Of a DNA stretch of 64,000 nucleotides, positions 1 to 10,800 are shown piece after piece. Source of the DNA: Dimorphilus gyrociliatus (lineage: Eukaryota > Animalia > Annelida). Each line of letters starts with the position of its first letter. Within the stretch, counting starts at the first letter, position 1. A program made the translations under genes and the position numbers. The stretch spans positions 248,001 to 312,000 of the forward strand of contig CAJFCJ010000029.1 of assembly GCA_904063045.1 (NCBI GenBank), read 5' to 3'. A model generated the notes under the pieces. It saw only the letters and a program-made list of their open reading frames with translations, had not been told where the DNA came from and made no database searches.

Positions 1-108
1 AGCGTAAAATAAATGCTTGATTTCTTCCGAGTAAATAAATTTCAAAACTTCAGAGCCGGGTTCATTCCTTCCAGTTGAATGTTTTTTTACTGGAACCTTT
101 GACGCCAT
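1..108 (-). CDS. Possible 5' part of a small gene running off the window edge (MASKVPVKKHSTGRNEPGSEVLKFIYSEEIKHLFYA...)
   Basis: ATG at 108-106 with 36 open codons to the window edge. Shares an LKF.YS.E motif with the neighbouring ORF 361-927. Short and truncated, so weak. Confidence 0.3.
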   Translation of the reverse strand, partial: MASKVPVKKHSTGRNEPGSEVLKFIYSEEIKHLFYA

Positions 109-360
109 AGTATCTCGATGACTATATCATGAGCTTCAAATGTCTCCTCTTTCGTATCCTTTTTATACCTGTTTACTTTTAATACAACTAAAGGTAAGAG
201 TCGCTATTGCGTCTTTTTTGTATTAATAATATAACGTATTTATAAAAAATATATAAATTCATATATATATATATATATATACTAATATATATATATTTAT
301 AATGCTTTGTATATGTGATATTGATTGATTGTCAGTTTCATTCAAGTTTACTACTGGTAT

Positions 361-927
361 TCATTCAAGAAATCGAACCTTCGCCTTCTGTGATATGAAA
401 ACTGGCTCACGGGCAGAAGAACTTGTGTGGCAAGTACGAGCTGAAGAAGGGGGTTTGACTGAAGTTGTTGCAGGTCTCTGCTTTAGAATACTTGATATAG
501 ACTTTCTACTGGAAGAAGAGCGGCTAACAATCGATACGTTATCAAAACTCCTTGTCATCTTTGCCGTTTTACTCCGGCGTCTCGCATCGGCTAATCTTTC
601 ATTTATCATGGGCTCCCATGCGTTCTGAAATGTAGGTCTACGAACAACATCCGCATAAATATCCGGTAGACGATATAATTCCGCTTTTGGCTTTAATTTA
701 GCCAATCGCAAGACAACGAGAGAATCTTCTGGATCGTAATAACGACTTATATACATACTTGATACGGCTTTGTTCACTTCATTCGAATATACGAACTTTA
801 GATTTCCGTCAGAAGTTGTTCTATTGATTGCGTTCTTTCTATCCTGAAGAAATTTTAGTTGTGGATAGTTATATGATGATAAAAAATCTCTCTTATTCGC
901 TTGAAATTTTCTTTGGTAAGAGTACAT
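361..927 (-). CDS. Uncharacterised basic Ser/Arg/Lys-rich protein (188 aa)
   Basis: 188 stop-free codons starting at ATG in an AT-rich background, divergent from the gene at 1885. No recognisable domain. Confidence 0.6.
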   Translation of the reverse strand: MYSYQRKFQANKRDFLSSYNYPQLKFLQDRKNAINRTTSDGNLKFVYSNEVNKAVSSMYISRYYDPEDSLVVLRLAKLKPKAELYRLPDIYADVVRRPTFQNAWEPMINERLADARRRSKTAKMTRSFDNVSIVSRSSSSRKSISSILKQRPATTSVKPPSSARTCHTSSSAREPVFISQKAKVRFLE

Positions 928-1884
928 GATTTAAACTAATCTACAGCTCATTCCTCCACTACCTCAACACGTTAAAAGGATTACATTGAAAGCAGATTAT
1001 ATAAGATTAAAAAGGATTTTAATACAGTTATACTAGGGTATATTTATTTATCGCTTAATCAGTTTTTATCCGCTAGATGGATAAAATCGGATGATAAAAA
1101 CATGGATTGGTCTTTGGCTACTTAAAAAATTTTCGGTCAATGCTAATCCTTTTCTTATAAAATTCATTATAAAACGGCAATAAATCGGGTTTTACTGAAA
1201 TGAATAGAAAGGGAAAAATGGGACTAGAAAAGTATCAGCGAGAAAATTTACACTTTCTAGTAGAGGAGGCGGGATGTGACATATCTAGTTTTGAGAATTT
1301 ACACTACTGCTATAATTTCCAGATAGACTCTCAATTCTTAATAATAGCTTCTATATAAGAGTAATTTTATAGGCCTGCTCTAGAGAACAAAAATTTTATG
1401 GGAGGGGACACAGCGCCATCTGTCGTTTTTAACATGAAACGTTTATCATATTCGAAATGCAATACTAGAAAAATATTACTGCTATCTATCAACATGTGCG
1501 GGACAATTACGAAAACATATTCTTATTTTCCATCAATATCCGAAGAATTTCCCCCTTTTAAGTACGCCTAGTCGTTACATGATTACTAAGCAATATTTTT
1601 AAGCCTAGGAAAAAAGCGGTTATACAGCGCCGCCAAGTTTATTTTTAGACGAGATCGAGCAACGCATTCGGCACAGCAAAATCCCTGTACGAGCCTGTTC
1701 TAGGCCTATCGCCAACCGCCTAGCTTTGAACCGAATTGAATAGTGTTAGTATTGTATATATAAGCGAAAATCGGCCAGTCAACATTGAACGCCTGCGTGC
1801 GGTGATTTTCAAAAACGATTTTTCTTCTATCGGATAAATGCCAGCTTGTTCCAGCGATGCTTTTCTATAAAAAGTAAGGGAAGA

Positions 1885-4800
1885 ATGCGAAAGCTTTGCC
1901 CGTTTGTTCTCTCTTTCGTTCTCATCTACACTCCAGTTTATGGATTAACGGTGGCTGACGATAGGGAGGGATATATAGAATACGAAAATTGGCTAAGCTG
2001 CAAGAACAGCTCGATACAATTCGATTTCAATACGAGGAAGAGGGATTCCATGCTATTGTATACCGATGATGGCGCCAGGAAGGATTTCTTCTATTTATAT
2101 TTGAAGAACGGTAAACTCTTTCTTGATTTTAAGATAGCTGACGATCAATCTAAGATATCGTCCGGAAGTGAGTTGAACGACGGGAGATTTCATACAGTGA
2201 GTATAAAGCAAAAGAATGCACTTAGTAAGATATTCATATCGAATATCTTAAACAAACATAAACACTTACGAGCAATTAGCATCAAGAAGTCACACAAATA
2301 ATATTACTATGCGTTGACAATGCCTATATATTTATTATATAATTTTATTGATCAATTTAGACAATATCGTCTCTCATACTCTAGGAATGAATATACTTTC
2401 TCATACTCCTCTTGCACCCATACACACTCTCTTTCTCACACACAAACACACACACACAAACATTCATCTATATTCCATTATAAACTCGCGCTTTTCGTCA
2501 ATGAAACTAACTTTTTTTTTTAGTTTTTTTTTATCCCTAAATTCTTCAAAGAGAAATGCTAAATATGCTGAGAATAGGGACGTGATACGACTTCGACAGA
2601 GAAACTCTTATTTACTCGAATATTTTACTGTCTGAAGTGTTTTTTAATGCACTGTACCCAAGCTACTTATTCTTTTCTGTATACGCCTTGGGTTAAATAG
2701 TCAAGCAGCAAATTCTTGTTGGCTTGAAAAATATTAAAAAAATTCGAAAAGAAAGCCACAAGAATTAATTAAAAAGGCATTTCGATCATACAATGTTCAA
2801 ACAATCGAAACACCTATCATCTAGCAAGAAAGCATGAAGAATAAACTTTACATTGCGCTAAAAACATCTATTTATAGTTCATAGTATTTATATTCGTGTT
2901 TAAATCTAATATTATTCCTTATATATAGGCTACAATTTATCAAAAAAACTATATATCAGCGATCTTCTCTAACTAGCAGTCTGTACCGGTTTAGCAATGG
3001 TGTGGTACAACGTGCACGCCCCAAAATACTGCAATAGCTGTTTAAAGACGAATGAATCAAATAGCAATACTCAACGCCTTGGAAGCTACGTAGGCGGGTA
3101 GTTTTTTCCATCAGAAAGAGAGAGGAATGTGTTTGACCATTATGACTAATGAGAACGTAGATTTCTCCCTGCCCGCTGAAAGAGGAAAATTTTTGGATAG
3201 CGGAAAACGTGCGCATCCCATTCTACATTCCTCGCATAGCTGCTAAGCCGGTTGTACTTGAAAAAAAAAATAAGGAACGTGGGTGTGTTCCATTCTATAA
3301 GAATATTTTGACTCCTCAAACTTTTTTCTCTCTCATATTATTCCTTGCGGTTATTCGAAAAACATTACGATAAAATTAATCTGTCATTTAAATTTATATA
3401 TAAATATATATGTGATATTTATACAATTTAATATAAATTATAGCTTTAAACAATTGTAACTTCATATTATCTTTTACGTTAGGCCTAATAGCAATTAAGT
3501 ATGTTATTTATTGAAAGAAAAATAGAGGTGAATAATACACCCCGTTACCGTCTAGAATACATGTGTAATTTGCTTAAATTGTTCAAGTAAACACTGGATC
3601 ATTCAATATCGACATAACGGTCCTTGTTATACGATAAGAACTAATCGTCATTCTTAGGACTATAGGGAATAGTATTAATCTGAAATAGGACAATTCAAGA
3701 AGATATAAAATTCAAACAGGATCTAGCATTTTTTGATTTTGATGATATACTTTGATCATTTTAGAGTAAATAATGATCGAATAACAGGATAACTTGTCTT
3801 TTGAATAGGCTACTTATAATAAAAAGTTGAAAAGCTATTTATGCGGCTTTGTTAGTCACGTTAAAAACGGATCTTTAGGCTCCATCGGTTCAATTTGTAA
3901 ATAAAAGAAGCGCCATCTGTTAGTTTCGAATAAGAATATAAATATATTTTAGTTTCAAGTCATAGTAATCTTCTTCAAATATATAAATATCACTAAGTAA
4001 ATAAGTAGCTCTTAGAAAGTTATTGTACAAGGTTTCAATAGCTCAATGATAAAAAGACGACTATTGAAAAATGCCTATTCAATCGTTTACTTTATTAGGG
4101 ATAAAATAATAAACGCTTCTCATTCCCTTTTTCAGGTTAAAATCGTCCGACATCGTTATGAATTACAGTTAATTGTTGACTCAAGGATAAAATCATATCC
4201 ATTTTCAAGTTCCCCCCGACAATTGGAAAAATCAACAGCGTTCATAATATTTTTTGTTGCGGGTTTTGATCCATCATATAAGAACTTATACAAACAAAAC
4301 TCCTTGGCTAAAAAGGATGCCGTTTTTATGGAAAGGTTCGCTGGCAAGATTATGAATGTTATGTTTTATAGCTGTTCGAGTTGTCTACCAAGGAGACCTA
4401 GAGTTATAAACCAGAGAGGTGTTGTGGGCGTTAGGGAATCATGCTTGATTAAGAATCAGTGTAGGGATTCATGTATTTGTTTTAGCATGGAAAATTCTAT
4501 GCATAGATGCGATTGCTCTAATAGACATTGTAAAAGTGGGGCAAATCATTATAGACTACCTTTTGATGAGTTTAGAAGAGATCATTCATCTGAAATTGAT
4601 TCGTATGTAATATCAAATCCGTCCGGTCTCGATTCAAGATATTTTGGGGCCGAAGTATCCAAGACGCCTGGATTTAGTAAATCCGGTTTGAACTTGAATT
4701 GTAGAGATGCTTATGTCCGCATTTCCGGTGCTTTGTCAAGAGATGAATGCTTAGGAAATTTGAATTTGTGTTCTAGAGGATTTACACTCGGTTTCTGGCT

Positions 4801-7800
4801 AATTGTTCACAAAACACCAAATTCGAAACTTGTTTTTATGAGTAACGGAGGCCACAGCAGCTCCTCTCATGGAATAGCAGTCTACTTTGAGGATGATACA
4901 ATATTCGTTCAAGCCAGAACTTTAACTGGCAAATATTGGATTGCAAAATCTCGCGATTATATCAAGCACAGATGGACATACGTTACAATCACGTGGAGAA
5001 ATGATAGAGGACTTTCACTCTACTTGAACGGCCAGTTGAAGGACAAAAGGAGTTGGTTTGCTGACGTATCAGTAGTAGAAACGCCTACAAAAACTGACAT
5101 AAACGATGAACTTCTTCTCGGAAGGCCTAATGATAATTCCTGGACGAGAACCGAATGTGATATATCCATAGATGAATTTGAATTTTATTCGGAAGAGAAG
5201 GACAAAACTTTCATTCAGGAAAACGGACCAGTTTACAAGTACTTCTGCCCTTTTTCTAAAATAGCTAATCGAGAGTTAGTTGGGGGTAATTTAAGAGGAG
5301 TTTTAAACTATCAAACAGCCTTACCAGAAATAAAATTACATGATGGTTTCTACAAACTCTTACTTAGATATCGTTCGAATTTTAAACAATATATAGATTT
5401 TGGAAAATTTGAAAATAGTTGCCTTAGTGATCTCTCTAGATGTAAATATGGTGCTACTTTACGTATCTACGTGAGGTCTATTGACGTCCTCAGACCTCAT
5501 AGTTGCTTTGTTGATGGGTAATAAATAATACATACTTTTTTAAATTGCTATAAAATTTTCTTTTCACAATGACAACAGGGGTGCTAGATGGTTTCGGATT
5601 TGTGTAAATGAAAAGAATGCTTTATCGACAACAGCATATGTTGGCGATAAAAAATATTCAGCTTTATGGAATGGTATTCAAAGCGATGTTGAGTATAAAC
5701 TTCTTGCATCTTTCTCACCATCCGAAGGTTTGCAAGTTTATGCAAACAATAAATTAGTGGCTAATGATAATGCGCCCAAGATTATTCAAGAAGCTGCACC
5801 AATAGGCCATCTGCTGGTTGGCAGAAGAAACAAACCATCAGATAACTTTGCATATATGACAGCCTACTTCCGAAGTCTGGATATTTGGTTAGCTAGCAGA
5901 AAACATCTGATTAATATTGGTATTCTTAAGGGTGACGGTTATCATATTTTGATACCATTTGAAAATCCAATTCAAACTTCGCGTTACATTGACGTTGAAG
6001 CTCCTAAATCCTGTATTGCAAAGGGTATATACAATACGGAATCTAAAGACTGTAGAATTGGTAATTGCTTAAAGGTGCAGCAGATAGGAGAATACGCAAA
6101 GGCAACCAATTATGTCGGTTGCCTTAGAGATCTAGAATCTTGCAAAAAAGGTTTTACTATTTCCACCTGGGTTATGCCGATTACCTTAAAAGATGATCAA
6201 GTTTTTATCAGCTCTCCTCACTTTCTCTTGTTTTATAAGAATGGAAAATTAAGAGCCGATGTCCATGGTAAGAGAGACTCATGGACAATTTCATCAGACG
6301 CTTTGGTAACGGGGAAATGGCAACATGTTCATGTAACATGGAACAAGCTGGAGGGTCTTAATCTTTGGATTGACGGTCTCCGAGCTCATAAACGAAGAGA
6401 CCATCAAAGTCAATATACATCTCGGGTATTCGAAAATCACAAGATGTATTTTGGTAAACCAGGTCAAGGCCATGGATCTCTTCCAGGTCTAAAAACTATG
6501 GATGCCAAAATGGATGAATTTGAATATTGGAGTAATCAAATAATAAGAGATCCACTTAATTTCGAATATGAAATTATCGATTTGAGAAATAAAACAGGTG
6601 AAAAAGAAATAAGCGGAGAAAGAAGAACAGTCTCTTGTCATACAAAGCGAAACAGTGTTGTTATCCAAAACAAAAGAGGTCATCCTTCTCTAGTTCAGAA
6701 AGGTAGTTACAACGAATATTTAAACTTTGGTCATAATTTTATACCCTGCACGTGCGAGAATTGCCCTAGAGGATTTACTATAAAAATTGAACTTTTAACC
6801 TCTAGTTTGAAAAATAATGCAACGTTGATATCAAGTCCTATGCTAGATATGTGGTGGTACAAGCAAAAGCTATTTGCTAAAGTGAGACATAATAAGAAAA
6901 TTTGGGAAACCTTTGGAAAATTTTCAGATGAAAATCCTAACTGGAGAGAAGTTGTTTTGTCCTGGAGTGAATACGACGGGTTAATACTTTCTTCGGATAA
7001 TGTTGTGATTGGGGTGGGCGAATTGTCAAGAGAGATGACAAATGAAAAAGATAAATTTGGGATAATGGAAGAGGACAAATGTCACATAAGAGGTTTCTTT
7101 CTTATGGGAAAATCACACAATTCTGATTTTCCTTCTCATGGTACACACTACTTTGATTACAATGGTAAAAACGTGACTGTATGGGGAGTAAGAAAACGCT
7201 TCATTACCGATGGCGGTGAAAGTAAGTGATAAAGAGTTTTCTATTTCGTATGATGCTCATTAGCCAGCCCTCTTTCCTTTCCTTCTATACTTTTCAATCG
7301 TATTCTAAGAAAAGACTTACGTATTTTGCCTTAGAGTATTGTTATTGTAGGAAGGTGCGAAATGTTTATATTATTATAAATACTTCTTTAAGTATTAAAA
7401 GTCACAACAAAAGTATTTTTAGCATAATATCGACAAAGTTTATTTTAATATAGAACTAGCTAAATAACTAAATAAAACTTGTATTACACTACGTTATATA
7501 CTGTAATAATATACCAAACAAGATATAGTAGAAACGCAAATACGTCACTAATCCCTTATTTTCTTTTATAAAAATTTAGTAAAACCTGTTCCTGTGACAA
7601 CAACAACTGCTCCAACAACTACACCAACAATAGCAACAACTCAGTATCTTCCCACGAGAGAAACATACTTCAATGACGACTATTGGGTGTTATATAATAT
7701 CTCGGGTATGAAACCCAACTATGAAAATGATGGCGAGAAAGTTACGCTTGTGTTTAAAACAAAGAAAAGAGACGGATTATTGTTTTATTCCGGATTTCAC

Positions 7801-10800
7801 GGAAGAAATGTACAAATTGTTTTAAAAGTAGGTCAACTTTTTATTGAACGCTTGATAATGTCAATAAAATCCAAAATCTTTTATTATTGAAAATAATTTA
7901 CAGAATGGCTATCCAAGTCTACAAGTTTTTGAAGGTAGAAAGAGACAAAGAATTGAACTGACACAGATTCCATCCAAAATATACGATAATCAATGGCATA
8001 CAATAAGACTCCTTAAAAAGGGAGGTTACTTTACCGTCTTCATTGACAACACTGAATTCCCCTATGTATTGCAATACAATTATCCTCTGTTGTGGGAAAA
8101 AGGTTATGTTTTACTTGGTGGAGAAGCGGACGCCGGAAAAGTGTCGGAAAAATTTGTTGACACCAACTTCCAAGGATACATTAAGACTGTAAGTAGATAA
8201 ACAAATTAGACAAAACACTTCCATTAAATTGTATTTTTGTATCTTTAAGGCTTTATTTGATAACAAATATGGTTACTGGATAGATTTATTAAATTTACTA
8301 AATGAGCCTACTCCAAAATATGTTATCCCATATGGTAAACTTCCAAATGCTGATTGGAATTCAGGGCGACCAATCACTCTAATAGGAAGTGGGTTTGGTT
8401 TTGAATTTAAAGCTTGGAAAGCCCAGAAAGGCGATAAACTAAAATTAACATTTAAGACTTTGGAAAATAAGGCTGTTTTAATTTATCAGACAGGAGATAG
8501 TTCAAATTACCTTTTAATTGAGATTTATGACGAAAAATTATGGCTTGTAATTAAGGAAAAGTCAAGATTAACAAGATTATTATTTTCTGAAAGGCGTATT
8601 AGTGATGGAAATGTCCACAATATCACATTAGAGAAGAAGAGCAATCAATTATTTTATACGTTAGATTTTGAGCGGAAACAAGTTAATTATCCATCGCGAA
8701 TGAACCTTGTTAATTCATTGCACGTTGCACCGGGAATAAATATCGAGCTTCCCAGAGAATCATGGGCCAAGGGGAAGAGTAATCGCCGTTTTGTTGGATG
8801 TCTCATGCAGTTGAAGCTAAGTAAAGAGATAGGAATAGATTTGAATAAAGCTGCTACAAAACAAAGATTAACCGGCATTAAAGAAAATTGTACAGCTTTA
8901 AGGAAAGCTTGCGAGAATAATCCCTGTTTTAAAGGCACTTGCTCTGAGGTGACGAGCGAAGAAAGCACCCGGAAATACAAGTGCGATTGTATTGCTACGG
9001 GCTATTCAGGACCGAAATGTGAGGATAAAGCAGATATTTTATGTCTTCAAGGCAATATCGAAGTCTCCTATGCTCGATCAGATTATAAGTTGGTCCCAAC
9101 CAACGACCTTGGATTTAGATTTAAATCTTTTCAAAGAGACTCTTTCATCCTATCTGCTTTGAACGATAATTCAGAAATCATATCAATCAGAGTAGTTTCT
9201 GCCAGTCTAAAACTTAATTTTAATATAAATGGTCAACAAAAGGAAGTGAACATTGGAGAGAATCTTGTAGACAATAGATGGCACTCTTTAGTAATTCGTC
9301 GTAGAAGCAATAAGTTTTATGTAAAATTAGATGACAATTCACAAGTTACTACAGTTGGAGGTTTTCAAGAAGAAAGTGGCTTGTTAAATATTAGAAAATT
9401 GAAAATCGGCATGAATGGAGAGAAGGATAGTTTCATCGGTTACATTTCGTCTTTATATTTTGATGGACAAGATATCTTGGAATCATTAAAGACTGAAGGC
9501 CAAATTAGAAAGTTCCTTAGTAAAGATCAGTGCCCCTTGCCCTATAAACCTGTTACGTTTTCCGCTAGAAAGAGGTCTTTCGCTCAAATTAATTCTCCAT
9601 TGAAGGGTCATTTAACATTTAACTTTAAAACTGAGTTTGGAAATGGTCTTCTCTATTATCAACCCGGAAGTTTAGAGGATTCCTTCTTAGGTCTAGAACT
9701 ATACGAAGGCCAATTGTATATAGTGGGAAGAAATAAAGAAGGAGTTACTAAAACGAGATTAGGCACCCTATCCAAATATTCTGATAACCAATGGCATTCA
9801 GTTATTTTGAAGAAGAGAAGAAGAGGCGATTGGACTGTAAAAATTGACGATTACACTGAAATATTTGACAGAAAAATACCATTTTCTAACCATTTATATA
9901 TTGGAGGAGTTCAAGAATATGTAAAAATACCACCTGAGTTTAAATCCCAGCAGGGATTTGAAGGTTGCATATCTGGTGTTCAGTTGGACGGCGAGCATAT
10001 TGATTTATTTACTTCCACTATTAAAAAGAATATAGAAAGAGGTTGCCATAAATTAGGTTCTATATTTTGCTCAAAACCAGGAATATGCAAAAATGGCGGC
10101 ATTTGCTACGACGGTCTTACATCATTCATTTGCGATTGTAACATGACAGGTTGGGCGGGCAAGCAATGTTCAGAAGGTACGGTTTTTTTTATATTTAGTA
10201 TCAATTATATTATAAAAGTATTATTTTGTATGGATGAAAAAAATATATTCATTTACATCATTATAGAACCATTGGGCTATAGAATAGGGAAGTATAACAA
10301 ACGGGGTATTGTCTTCTATAAGTTCGACGAACCAATTGACACTATTAAGGACACTGTTGCGTTCGGTTTTATGACATGGTATGAAAATGGTACTCTTTTT
10401 AGAGCTGATAGCACTGACAATGGCGATTTTATACGTATTTTTATGGTTAGTTTTTTTATCTCCAAATAGATTTATGTTACATTTTCAATTAAAATTCTTT
10501 TAATTGTGGTTAGGAAAAGGGATACCTGAAAGCAGAGTACAATTTAGGAACAGAAAAGTCATCGATAATTACAATCAACAGAGAAAAATTAAATGATGGA
10601 AAATACCATGTTGTTAAATTTATTAGACATTTAAATTCTAGAAATGCTACCCTTACCGTTGACGATTATCCTTCCGCTTCGTTTAAGAGTAACAGTAAGT
10701 CAATTTTGAGCACTTTTTCTAACCAATTAGTTGTTTATTTACAGGATTTTATAACCTAGTTTTCATTCCTTATTTATGTATGCTTTTCCTTCCTTTTTGC

